Positions 19,361 to 28,479 of a stretch of 64,000 nucleotides of DNA are shown one piece after another. Location: assembly GCA_038329265.1 (NCBI GenBank), contig JBBQMW010000002.1:1148-65147 (forward strand), in the 5' to 3' direction. The notes under the pieces were generated by a model. That model had not been told where the DNA came from and did not search any database. It saw only the letters and a list, made by a program, of their open reading frames with translations. A program made the position numbers and the translations under genes. Each line of letters begins with the position of its first letter. The first letter of the stretch is position 1. The DNA is from Bacteroidales bacterium. Lineage in GTDB: Bacteria; Bacteroidota; Bacteroidia; Bacteroidales; Prolixibacteraceae.

Positions 19361-20974
19361 TTAGTATTCGTAAGGTCCGTCTTTTTCGCCATAAACTGGT
19401 ATCTCATCAAAATTCTCTACCGGAGGTGGCGACGGTACGGTCCATTCCAAGGTTTTGCCATGCCATGGGTTTATTTCGGCGATCGGGCCGTTTTTGGCCG
19501 ATCGGAACAGGTTTATAACGATAATCAACAATCCGAATGTCATCACCCATGAGCCGAGTGAAGAAAGGATGTTTGCAGCATGATATTCGGGTAGATAATC
19601 GTAATAACGACGGGGCATTCCGATCATTCCAAGGTAAAACATGGGTGAATACAAAGTCAGAAATCCAACTGTAAAAAAGGCCCAGCCCACTTTGGCCCAT
19701 ACTTTATCGTACATCCGGCCAAACATTTTTGGAAACCAGTAGTGGATTGCACCAAAAAATGCAAATCCTACTCCGCCAAAAACGATGAAGTGAAAGTGAG
19801 CGACTACAAATGCGGTATCGTGTACATGCACATTGGTGGCCAAAGCACCAAGTACCAGACCCGAAAAGCCACCGATCATGAAAATAAATATAAAGGTCAC
19901 AGCCCATAGAAACGGGGCTTCAGGATTGATTGAGCCCTTGTGCATGGTCGAAATCCAGTTGAATACTTTGATAGCACTCGGAATGGCTACAATAAAGGTC
20001 AGTATCGAAAAGGTATATTGGGCAGTTCCGCTCATACCGGAAGTAAACATGTGGTGACCCCAAACAAAATACCCGACAAAGGCAATAGCCAGAGTCGAAA
20101 CTATGATGGCGCGGTATCCAAAGATATGTTTTTGTGAAAAGGTTGGAATAATTTCTGAAATGGCTCCCATGGCGGGCAGGATCATGACATAAACAGCCGG
20201 ATGTGAATAAATCCAGAATAAATGCTGATACAGAATCGGGTCACCTCCCAATGCAGGGTCGAAAACTCCGATACCAAAAATTCGTTCCAGAGCAACCAGA
20301 ACAAGGGTTATTCCTATAACAGGTGTGGCCAACAATTGGATCCAAGCAGTTCCATAAAGAGACCAGGGGAACAATGGCATTTTAAACCAGGTCATACCCG
20401 GACAACGCATCCGATGAATGGTCACAATAAAGTTCAATCCGGTTAATATGGACGAAAATCCAAGAATAAATGCCCCGAATATGGCTGGTAACAGATTGGT
20501 TCCTGTTTTAAAACTATAGGGAGCGTAAAAAGTCCAGCCGGTATCGGGTGTTCCGTTTCCGAATAATACTGAAGCGATTACCAACAAAGCGCCTGCAACA
20601 TAGAAGTACCAGGACAAGAGATTTATTCTCGGAAAGGCTACATCCTTTGCGCCGATCATAATGGGGAGCATAAAATTCCCAAATACCGCAGGAAGTCCCG
20701 GTATTACGATCATGAAGATCATAATTACCCCATGAACCGTGAAGATCGCATTATAGGTCTGGGGGTCCATAATGGTTTTGCCGGGAGCAATCAATTCAAG
20801 TTTCATGGCCAGCCCCAAGGCTACACCTACCACGAACATTGTTAACATCGAATACATGTATAACAGTGCGATGCGTTTGTGGTCGGTCGAAAAAATCCAG
20901 GCGAATATTCCTTTGTTCTTCCCCTTATAATCGAGGTAGTTTACATCGTGTGGAATGTGAGTATCTGTTTGCAT
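19361..20974 (-). CDS. coxA: heme-copper oxidase subunit I, A2 type
   Basis: STDHKRI, TVHG, FWIYSHPAVY, WGHHMF, VVAHFH, GMPRRY. Confidence 0.96.
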   Translation of the reverse strand: MQTDTHIPHDVNYLDYKGKNKGIFAWIFSTDHKRIALLYMYSMLTMFVVGVALGLAMKLELIAPGKTIMDPQTYNAIFTVHGVIMIFMIVIPGLPAVFGNFMLPIMIGAKDVAFPRINLLSWYFYVAGALLVIASVLFGNGTPDTGWTFYAPYSFKTGTNLLPAIFGAFILGFSSILTGLNFIVTIHRMRCPGMTWFKMPLFPWSLYGTAWIQLLATPVIGITLVLVALERIFGIGVFDPALGGDPILYQHLFWIYSHPAVYVMILPAMGAISEIIPTFSQKHIFGYRAIIVSTLAIAFVGYFVWGHHMFTSGMSGTAQYTFSILTFIVAIPSAIKVFNWISTMHKGSINPEAPFLWAVTFIFIFMIGGFSGLVLGALATNVHVHDTAFVVAHFHFIVFGGVGFAFFGAIHYWFPKMFGRMYDKVWAKVGWAFFTVGFLTLYSPMFYLGMIGMPRRYYDYLPEYHAANILSSLGSWVMTFGLLIIVINLFRSAKNGPIAEINPWHGKTLEWTVPSPPPVENFDEIPVYGEKDGPYEY

Positions 20975-20979
20975 ATGTA

Positions 20980-21915
20980 CTATTTATTTATTTTTCTTTT
21001 TGGTTTAAAAATAAGGACAAGGAAAAATATCATGGCCACAAATAAAATCAGAGTACCCGATATCTTGGTAACATTCAGCACATAAGCCTGTCCAACCGGA
21101 TCGTATGAAAAGCAATACTGCATTATTTTATTGATTGTTGGCGCCGACATCCCTTTTGATGATTCGATAATGGCCATTTTGAAATCGAATGGCAGAAAAT
21201 AGATTCCGTTCAGGTAACGGGTTATTTTTCGTTTCGGGCTGACTACAGTTACCGAAGCCGCGTGCACAAAATCTTTACCTGTTCTTTTGTATTTAAATCC
21301 AACTGCATTCGTACCTTTTACAATACTTGCACTGTCGGAAACAAAAAACTTCCAGCCTTGGCTGATGGCTTCCTTTTTATCAACGAGATTCAGGTAACTC
21401 GTTTTTTTTCGGATTCCCAGTTCAATGGTTTCAGAAGGATCAAAACTAATAGTGAGTACCTGATAATCAACACCGGCAACAAGGTCGGAGGCATCCATAA
21501 CATTTGCCAGTCCTTCCATCAGCGGGCTGCAAATCCCAGGACAACGGAAATAAACCCAATTAATGATGGTGGGTTTATCGATTATGTCTGACAGTAATAC
21601 GCGTTGGTTATTTTCATTAATCAGGTAAATGTCGGTTGGAAGAAATTCGTCCAGATGCTCAACAATTCCGATTTCAGGATCTTTGGTCAGGTCGTCAAAT
21701 GCCTTTTGTCCGTAAAGATTAATTCCGGAGAAAAGAATAAAGAATAAAAGCAAACGCAGTGCTTTGCCTGAAATTATGCTCAGAGCAAAACCAATCAATA
21801 CGGTAGTTTTCTTTTGACTCTTGATCTTCTGTTGCATAACTGAAAGTTGACTTTGGTTCAAATGATTTTTGGTTTTTAATCTGGTATTAGAAAAACTATC
21901 TTTTCTAATACCCAT
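20980..21915 (-). CDS. SCO family copper chaperone (start may be 21837)
   Basis: YFRCPGICSPL CxxxC, FVHAAS His, CFSYDP tail, C-terminal TM. Confidence 0.88.
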   Translation of the reverse strand: MGIRKDSFSNTRLKTKNHLNQSQLSVMQQKIKSQKKTTVLIGFALSIISGKALRLLLFFILFSGINLYGQKAFDDLTKDPEIGIVEHLDEFLPTDIYLINENNQRVLLSDIIDKPTIINWVYFRCPGICSPLMEGLANVMDASDLVAGVDYQVLTISFDPSETIELGIRKKTSYLNLVDKKEAISQGWKFFVSDSASIVKGTNAVGFKYKRTGKDFVHAASVTVVSPKRKITRYLNGIYFLPFDFKMAIIESSKGMSAPTINKIMQYCFSYDPVGQAYVLNVTKISGTLILFVAMIFFLVLIFKPKRKINK

Positions 21916-22061
21916 GCTTAATGTTTATGAAACTATTTTCCACTATTTTCTAATTTCGTTTTGACCTAAGAAACCCCAAAAAGTAATGAATGTTTAGATA
22001 AAATCGAATTATTCCATTCTTTTTTTACGTTTTAGAATTGGTTTCAATTTAGCACTATTTT

Positions 22062-22778
22062 TTATTTGCAGCAACTTCCTTTTTCAATCATTGTTTTAGG
22101 CGCCAGTTTTTCACTTGTTGGGCTGATATATGGGATACCTAAAGACATTCCCCTCAGGATAAAAAGTACCCCCAGCATAAATACGAAATACGGAACTACT
22201 TTCTGCATTTTACTCCGGACCCTTTGACCAATGGCATCGCTGGCCAGGGTAGCAATCAACAGTAAAGGAATGGTTCCGATACCGAAAAGCATCATAAATA
22301 GTGCTCCGGACAAAATGTTGCCGGAGTTGATTGCACCGGCAATGGCCACATAAACCAATCCACAGGGCAACAGTCCGTTGAGCAAACCTATCATCAGTAA
22401 TGAAAAATACGAACGATCAGTGAATAGCTTTTTCAATTTTAGAATCAATCGTGCAGCAAATCCGCTGAATAAACCGGCAATGGTGATTTTTTCCCTGAAA
22501 ACAAAGGGAAACAAAACACTGATGATCATGGTAATACCCAGCAGAATGGACGTCCATTGCTGAAACCCGGCCATGTGAATGCCACGTCCGAGCAAACCAA
22601 ACAGAATGCCCAAAATGCTGTAAGTCAATACGCGACCTGAATTATACAGGATAGCCCCGGTGATTTTCGAAATTAGATTGTGTTTCTTTAACGGAAGCGC
22701 AACCACAATTGGTCCGCACATCCCGATGCAATGGAAACTGCCGATGAGGCCAATGGTTAAAGGTGTAATGAAGTCCAT
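22062..22778 (-). CDS. DsbD_2 / TauE-SafE-like membrane protein of cbb3 assembly cluster
   Basis: GSFHCIGMCGPI, YNSGR, NGLLPCGLVY, FGIGTIP. Confidence 0.88.
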   Translation of the reverse strand: MDFITPLTIGLIGSFHCIGMCGPIVVALPLKKHNLISKITGAILYNSGRVLTYSILGILFGLLGRGIHMAGFQQWTSILLGITMIISVLFPFVFREKITIAGLFSGFAARLILKLKKLFTDRSYFSLLMIGLLNGLLPCGLVYVAIAGAINSGNILSGALFMMLFGIGTIPLLLIATLASDAIGQRVRSKMQKVVPYFVFMLGVLFILRGMSLGIPYISPTSEKLAPKTMIEKGSCCK

Positions 22779-22790
22779 ATTTTTTATGTA

Positions 22791-22907
22791 TAGAGACGCA
22801 ATACATTGCGTCTTAAATATTTTTATTCCAAATCACATGATACACGATTCATCGCGTCTTAAAATCTATATTTCAAATTTTATTAGACACGATGAACCGC
22901 GTCTCTA
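22791..22907. repeat. three REP-like palindromes (TAGAGACGCGATnnATCGCGTCT type)
   Basis: tagagacgcaatacattgcgtct; gatacacgattcatcgcgtct; agacacgatgaaccgcgtctcta. Confidence 0.8.
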
Positions 22908-23354
22908 AGGTAATATAATCTCCTCTTCCTGGTAATACGAAACCTTTCCGACCATCCAGTCAATTTTCACCTCATATCTTCCTTTTTGAAGTGTTGCGAA
23001 ATCAATGGTCTGCATGTAAGTGTTATCAGGTTTAACGTTGACGGTCAGGTCTCTTTTGGCTTCTACCGGACTGTAAAAATGAATTTTACCTGAATATTCG
23101 GCGATATTTGCCAGATTTGGAAATGTTAGTTTCAACGATTCAGGTGCAATTTCAAACCTGATTTTTTCGGTCAACGCATCGTTGTTTCGCACTTTTTCGA
23201 TGTGCTCCTGGTAGGTGATTGATTTCTGGTAGTAGTCCTTGTCAACCAGATCATAGTCTTGCCGCAAGGCAATCGACACCAGATAAAGCATTCCTGACAT
23301 CATGATGACCAATGCCAATACAATCCCTGTTCCCCAATTAAATTTTATCTTCAT
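22905..23354 (-). CDS. ccoH: FixH/CcoH family protein
   Basis: MKIKFNWGTGIV, DLVDKDYYQKSITYQ; start 23354 (ORF-track extension runs through repeat DNA). Confidence 0.85.
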   Translation of the reverse strand: MKIKFNWGTGIVLALVIMMSGMLYLVSIALRQDYDLVDKDYYQKSITYQEHIEKVRNNDALTEKIRFEIAPESLKLTFPNLANIAEYSGKIHFYSPVEAKRDLTVNVKPDNTYMQTIDFATLQKGRYEVKIDWMVGKVSYYQEEEIILP

Positions 23355-23366
23355 TTCTGCACAATT

Positions 23367-23520
23367 AAAGCCTCCCCCGACCCCTCCAAACCGGAGGGGA
23401 GAAAGAACCGGCACTCGTTTGTTTCTGATTTTAATACTATCAATCTTTGACTCCCTGCTCTGAATAATCACTTCCCTAACTCCCTTCCCTATTTTGGGGA
23501 AGGCCTGGGGATGGGGCTGT
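23367..23520. repeat. inverted doublet of C-rich/G-rich REP-like hairpins
   Basis: aaagcctcccccgacccctccaaaccggagggg on + (23367) and agccccatccccaggccttccccaaaatagggaagggag on - (from ~23518). Confidence 0.75.
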
Positions 23521-24904
23521 CCAGTGAATTCGGCCCCACAAATGTTGTATTGATCTTATCAATCTGTTTCCCTTTTTCGAAGATTCCAATTTCTATATGG
23601 CTGTTCGATTGTGAAACGTTTTCCTTTTTCAGCACGATCAGTAAATCACGTTTGGCAACTTCACCTTTTTCCGCTTTAAGCGGATCGCCCATCAGGATAA
23701 TTTCGCCTTCAGGAATTAAAAGTTTTAATTCGATATCGACTTCCGAATTGGTTTTGTTTACCATTTGAAGGTTGTATAAATTGCTGTATCGATCAGGTCC
23801 ATATTCCTGAAACATTGTTCCGGGTGAACGGTTGATAGAAGTTTCCACATCTCCGCGAACGGTAAATAAATAGGTCATCAGGATCAAAAGTGCCACCAAA
23901 ACCACGGAATAGGCAATTACACGTGCATTAAATTTCACGCTTTTCCCTTCCGAGATTGACTTTTCAGAGGCAAACCGAATCAATCCTGAAGGCTTTTTCA
24001 CCCTTTTCATGACCGAGTTGCAGGCGTCAATACAAGCAGTACAATTGATGCATTCGAGTTGGGTTCCGTTTCGGATGTCGATTCCGGTTGGACAAACATC
24101 CACGCAGTTGTAGCAGTTGATGCAATCGCCTTTTTGCCCCCGTTCTCCTTTACCCCGTGGTTCTCCGCGTTTATAATCATACGCAACCAATATTGTATTT
24201 TCATCGAGCATTACTCCCTGCAAGCGGCCATAAGGGCAAACTATGGTGCAAACCTGTTCGCGAAACCAGGCAAAAACAAAATAATGTGCCCCGGTAAAAG
24301 CCAATACAACCAACATCAAACCAAAACGCTGCATGGGCCAGCCATCCAGAATTTCACAGAGTTTAGCTGTTCCGGTCACATAAGCGATAAATGTTAAAAT
24401 GGTAAAAAATGAGATGATCAGATAAATGCCGTGTTTCAGGATTCGTTTTAAGACTTTGATTGCATCCAAATCTTGTAGGGCGAGTTTTCGTTGTTGTTCC
24501 GCATTGCCATCAATCAGGTGTTCGATGGGGCGGTACAGAAACTCAAGAAAAACCGTTTGCGGGCATACCCAACCGCAAAAAATCCGACCGTAAATTACAG
24601 TGAACAAAACAATGTAAACGACCAGTGTAATTAGTGCAATTACCAACAAGTGAAAATCCTGAGGATAAAATGTATTGCCAAACAATACAAATTTGCGTTC
24701 CAGAAAATTCAGAAAGATTAACGGCTCGCCCCTGAATTTCAGGAAGGGTGCCAGATAAACAAAGATTAGCAGCACCCACGCAACGATTCGACGATAATTG
24801 TAAAGTTTCCCTTTGGGCAATTTAGGGAATAATACGACGCGTTTTCCATCTTTCCCAAAAGTAGAAGGACGGTCTCTGAAGGTTGTTTCCTGATAAGTTT
24901 CCAT
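23489..24904 (-). CDS. ccoG: cytochrome c oxidase accessory protein CcoG/FixG
   Basis: GRIFCGWVCPQT, CTIVCPYGRLQ, CINCYNCVDVCPTGID, CINCTACIDAC; start METYQ 24904. Confidence 0.93.
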   Translation of the reverse strand: METYQETTFRDRPSTFGKDGKRVVLFPKLPKGKLYNYRRIVAWVLLIFVYLAPFLKFRGEPLIFLNFLERKFVLFGNTFYPQDFHLLVIALITLVVYIVLFTVIYGRIFCGWVCPQTVFLEFLYRPIEHLIDGNAEQQRKLALQDLDAIKVLKRILKHGIYLIISFFTILTFIAYVTGTAKLCEILDGWPMQRFGLMLVVLAFTGAHYFVFAWFREQVCTIVCPYGRLQGVMLDENTILVAYDYKRGEPRGKGERGQKGDCINCYNCVDVCPTGIDIRNGTQLECINCTACIDACNSVMKRVKKPSGLIRFASEKSISEGKSVKFNARVIAYSVVLVALLILMTYLFTVRGDVETSINRSPGTMFQEYGPDRYSNLYNLQMVNKTNSEVDIELKLLIPEGEIILMGDPLKAEKGEVAKRDLLIVLKKENVSQSNSHIEIGIFEKGKQIDKINTTFVGPNSLDSPIPRPSPK

Positions 24905-24907
24905 ATT

Positions 24908-25065
24908 AAAAGCCTCCCCCAAACTCCCTCCGAAAGAGGGGGATTACTGAATCTATATTCATGGATGTATTTTTAACCATATATACGCATTTCAATGATT
25001 ATCCTTTACATTTTATTCGGACCAAACTCCCAACTCCTTAAAAGAAGGATTGGGGATGGGGCTTT
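24908..25065. repeat. inverted doublet of C-rich/G-rich REP-like hairpins
   Basis: aaaagcctcccccaaactccctccgaaagaggggg on + and aaagccccatccccaatccttcttttaaggag on -. Confidence 0.75.
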
Positions 25066-25690
25066 AGTTCTTCACAAACTTCACCCCCTCCTGCGCTTTT
25101 TGGTTCGGAGGATTGGTTCCCTGCAAACTCAAAATATACGCGATCACGTTGTTTATTTGAGTTTTATTCAACTGGCTTTTGTAGGAAAGCATTCCTTTTT
25201 CAATGACGCCTTCATTAATAATTTTTAGCAGATCTTCAGGGTTTCCACCATGAATCCAAAAGTCATCCGTGAAGTTCGGACCAACCAAACCTTCCCCGAA
25301 TTTTCCGTGGCAAACAACGCAGATTTTGTCATAAGTGATTTTTCCTGCAGCAAGAATCTGTTCCTGGGTCATGGGTGCAGCAGCCGCAGCTTTTACGGCC
25401 TCTTCTTTTCCGGCAACTTCGGTTTTAGCCCGGGCCGCCTTCATTTCGTTGCTATATTCATTTCGTTGAACAATGTCTTCATCACGAAATACAAAAAGTA
25501 AGATCAGATATGAAAATGAAATCACAATAGTGACATAGAAAATGTATTTCAGCCACGGTGGGAGAGGATTATCCAGCTCTTTGATACCATCATATTCGTG
25601 CCCTCCAAAATATTTAATCTTTGTTAAATCATCAACTTCTTCGTGCTCGTTATGAAAGTTATCTGTTTGATTGTCATTACTTGTATGCAT
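25064..25690 (-). CDS. ccoP: cbb3 oxidase subunit III, monoheme CcoP
   Basis: HEYDGIKELDNPLPPW, single CVVCH, GPNFTDDFWIHGG. Confidence 0.92.
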   Translation of the reverse strand: MHTSNDNQTDNFHNEHEEVDDLTKIKYFGGHEYDGIKELDNPLPPWLKYIFYVTIVISFSYLILLFVFRDEDIVQRNEYSNEMKAARAKTEVAGKEEAVKAAAAAPMTQEQILAAGKITYDKICVVCHGKFGEGLVGPNFTDDFWIHGGNPEDLLKIINEGVIEKGMLSYKSQLNKTQINNVIAYILSLQGTNPPNQKAQEGVKFVKN

Positions 25691-25731
25691 AATTCCTTAT
25701 TTAGTTGTTCGATGTTATAATTTTCAATTTT

Positions 25732-25932
25732 CTAATGACTTTTTCTTGATTCCAATTTTTCTTCCATGGAATTCGAATCATCCAGAGGCATGTTGCTCAG
25801 GCGGTTTATATCTTCTTTTTTCATCCTGATAGCTTGAATGGATACTACCAGAAAAAAGGTAAAGAAAATGATAAACCCAATCAAGGCATAAATTTCGACA
25901 TGGAAAATTGTACTTAATGAATCTCTGATCAT
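25732..25932 (-). CDS. ccoQ: cbb3 oxidase subunit CcoQ
   Basis: 66 aa single TM, SNMPLDD motif, between ccoNO and ccoP. Confidence 0.85.
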   Translation of the reverse strand: MIRDSLSTIFHVEIYALIGFIIFFTFFLVVSIQAIRMKKEDINRLSNMPLDDSNSMEEKLESRKSH

Positions 25933-25935
25933 AGC

Positions 25936-28077
25936 TTATTTTGTTACGGGTTTATTTGAAATATCCACACCAAGTCGCTGCATATAAGCAATCAATGCAA
26001 TGATTTCGCGGTTGCTGTCGGTTTGTATGCCAGCGGTTGCCAGGTCTTTAGCAATGCTATCGGCCTGAGCTTTCAGATCGTCGATGGCTTTCAATTCATA
26101 ATTGTCAGGATAAGGTACTCCAAGAATTTTTAAAGCCCTGATTTTTCCGGGTGTCGATTTGATATCGATTTCCTTTTTAGCCAACCATGGATATGGAGGC
26201 ATAATTGACGCCTCATTCATTTTTTGAGGATCGATAAAATGGTTGTAATGCCATGAATTTGGTTTGTACATTTTGCCTGTTTTTACACCTTCACGCGCTA
26301 AATCAGGCCCGGTACGTTTCGATCCATACTGGAACGGGTGATCGTAAACCGATTCTCCTGCTTTTGAATATTCGCCGTAACGCTCTGTTTCTGAACGGAA
26401 TGGACGCACCATTTGTGAATGGCAATTGTAACAACCTTCCTTCACATAGATGTCGCGCCCCTGTACCTCAAGCGGAGTATAAGGTTTTACGCTTGAAATG
26501 GTTGGGATATTTGATTTGATCAGATAGGTTGGGATAACTTCAACGATACCGCCAATTAGGATTGCAATCGTTGCAAAAATCAGGAATAGAATTGGTTTGC
26601 GTTCGAGGAAACGGTGACCTGTTTCTGATGCAGATTTTTCGCTTGGTAATGTTTCCATTGCTGGGGCTTCAGCGGATTCCTCGGCAACAAATGAACCTGC
26701 TTTTATGGTTTTTACAACATTGTAGACCAGAATCAGAAATCCGGAAAGATACAAGAATCCGCCAAAAGCCCGGATTGTATACATCGGAATCAGCTGAGCT
26801 ACAGTTTCGAGGAAGTTTGGATACATCAGGAACCCGTCAGGAGTAAATTGTTTCCACATCAATGCCTGTGTAATTCCACCGATATAAAGTGGAATAGCAT
26901 AAAATACTATGGCCAGTGTGGCTACCCAGAAATGGACATTGGCCAGTTTTGTGGAGTAGAGTTTGGTATTATAAAGGCGTGGTATCAACCAGTAGATCAT
27001 CCCAAATGTTAACATACCATTCCAGCCAAGTGCTCCGATGTGAACGTGACCGATGGTCCAGTCGGTGAAGTGGCTGATTGCATTCACATTTTTAAACGAC
27101 AACATCGGACCTTCAAAGGTCGACATTCCATAGGCGGTAATTCCAACCACAAACATCTTCAAAATCGGATCTCTCCGGACTTTATCCCATGCACCTCGCA
27201 GAGTAAGCAAACCGTTGATCATACCACCCCAGCTTGGAGCAATCAGCATGACCGAAAAGGTCGTTCCCAATGCCTGAAGCCAGTCGGGAAGTGAACTGTA
27301 TAATAAATGGTGTGGCCCGGCCCAGATGTATAGAAAAATGAGCGACCAAAAGTGAACGATGGATAGTTTATAGGAATAAACCGGACGTCCGGAAATTTTC
27401 GGGACAAAATAATACATTAACCCGAGAAATGGAGTGGTCAGGAAGAATGCAACTGCGTTGTGTCCATACCACCATTGCACCAAAGCATCCTGAACACCGG
27501 CATAAAGCGTGTAACTTTTTAGGAAACTTACCGGAACGGCAAGTGAATTGAAAATATGAAGTACTGCAATAGTTACCCAGGTGGAAATGTAAAACCAGAT
27601 CGAAACGTAAATATGGCTGGTTCGTCGGGTTAAAATGGTGCCAAACATGTTCCATCCAAACACGACCCAAACCAAGGTAATTGCAATGTCGATCGGCCAT
27701 TCAAGTTCGGCATATTCCTTTCCGGTTGTAAATCCTGCGAGCAAGGTAACTGCTGCCGCAACAATAATCGATTGCCAGCCCCAGAAATGGATTTTACTCA
27801 GTAAATCGCTGTAAATCCTAGTCTTAAGAAGCCGCTGCAGCGAATAATAAATGGCCGTAAAAATGGCATTTCCCACAAAAGCGAAAATTATCGCATTGGT
27901 GTGTACCGGTCGGGTACGTCCGAAGGTGGTAAATTCGAGGCCGAAATTCATAGACGGAATGAAAATCTGCAGAGCAATCAGCAAACCTGCTGCCAGACCG
28001 ACAACACCCCATACAATGGTGGCAATCGCAAAATTCCGGGTCATGCGGTTGTCGTACGAAAACTTTTGTAATTCCAT
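25936..28077 (-). CDS. ccoN: cbb3 oxidase subunit I/II fusion (CcoNO)
   Basis: RPVHTN, QWWYGHNAV, WAGPHH, IGHVH; C-terminal EGCYNCHSQMVR, GSKRTGPDL. Confidence 0.96.
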   Translation of the reverse strand: MELQKFSYDNRMTRNFAIATIVWGVVGLAAGLLIALQIFIPSMNFGLEFTTFGRTRPVHTNAIIFAFVGNAIFTAIYYSLQRLLKTRIYSDLLSKIHFWGWQSIIVAAAVTLLAGFTTGKEYAELEWPIDIAITLVWVVFGWNMFGTILTRRTSHIYVSIWFYISTWVTIAVLHIFNSLAVPVSFLKSYTLYAGVQDALVQWWYGHNAVAFFLTTPFLGLMYYFVPKISGRPVYSYKLSIVHFWSLIFLYIWAGPHHLLYSSLPDWLQALGTTFSVMLIAPSWGGMINGLLTLRGAWDKVRRDPILKMFVVGITAYGMSTFEGPMLSFKNVNAISHFTDWTIGHVHIGALGWNGMLTFGMIYWLIPRLYNTKLYSTKLANVHFWVATLAIVFYAIPLYIGGITQALMWKQFTPDGFLMYPNFLETVAQLIPMYTIRAFGGFLYLSGFLILVYNVVKTIKAGSFVAEESAEAPAMETLPSEKSASETGHRFLERKPILFLIFATIAILIGGIVEVIPTYLIKSNIPTISSVKPYTPLEVQGRDIYVKEGCYNCHSQMVRPFRSETERYGEYSKAGESVYDHPFQYGSKRTGPDLAREGVKTGKMYKPNSWHYNHFIDPQKMNEASIMPPYPWLAKKEIDIKSTPGKIRALKILGVPYPDNYELKAIDDLKAQADSIAKDLATAGIQTDSNREIIALIAYMQRLGVDISNKPVTK

Positions 28078-28213
28078 AAAGTTGTATTTAGTTTTTCTTT
28101 ATATTAAGTTCCAAATTCAGGCTTCAACTAGCACAGCCGCCGGAGCGCTTGATTATCATTTTTATAATTGAATTGTTTTTTGTTTCAAATTGGAAACGAT
28201 TTAAGCAATTATT

Positions 28214-28260
28214 CCTAAACTCCCTTCTCCCTCGGAGAAGGATTGGGGATGGGGCTTTTA
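28214..28260 (-). repeat. REP-like hairpin forming the 3' end of ccoS
   Basis: aaaagccccatccccaatccttctccgagggagaagggagtttag; first 22 nt match the copy at 25044-25065. Confidence 0.8.
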
Positions 28261-28427
28261 TTTTCTTTGTTTTCTTTTTCCTTTATCTCCGGATCATCAA
28301 ACAAAATCCGAACCGACGGTGTATAGGTATCTTCATACTGACCGCTTTTTACTGCCCAGATGAAGGAAACCAAAAAGGCACCCGCCATGATGATTGCCAC
28401 AAATACCAGAATGAAAACTACCGACAT
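28215..28427 (-). CDS. ccoS: cbb3 oxidase maturation protein CcoS
   Basis: FIWAVKSGQYEDTYTPSVRILFDD. Confidence 0.92.
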   Translation of the reverse strand: MSVVFILVFVAIIMAGAFLVSFIWAVKSGQYEDTYTPSVRILFDDPEIKEKENKENKSPIPNPSPREKGV

Positions 28428-28479
28428 GTTTGTTTAAGTTGTTTAATTTTAGCGCCTTATGCTATTTGTTTTAATTTTA

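Noticed and set aside
22791-22907. Three regularly spaced palindromic repeats as a mini CRISPR array
   Set aside because: Copies differ in sequence and orientation, spacers are short and AT-rich, no cas genes; REP-like instead
23355-23471. N-terminal extension of CcoH in the ORF track (also nuoA, ccoI, coxC, cdsA, yebC extensions)
   Set aside because: Extensions run through repeats, promoters or upstream genes; downstream starts match family N-termini
25064-25690. Monoheme CcoP and fused CcoNO as novelties
   Set aside because: Both are the usual Bacteroidota cbb3 architecture
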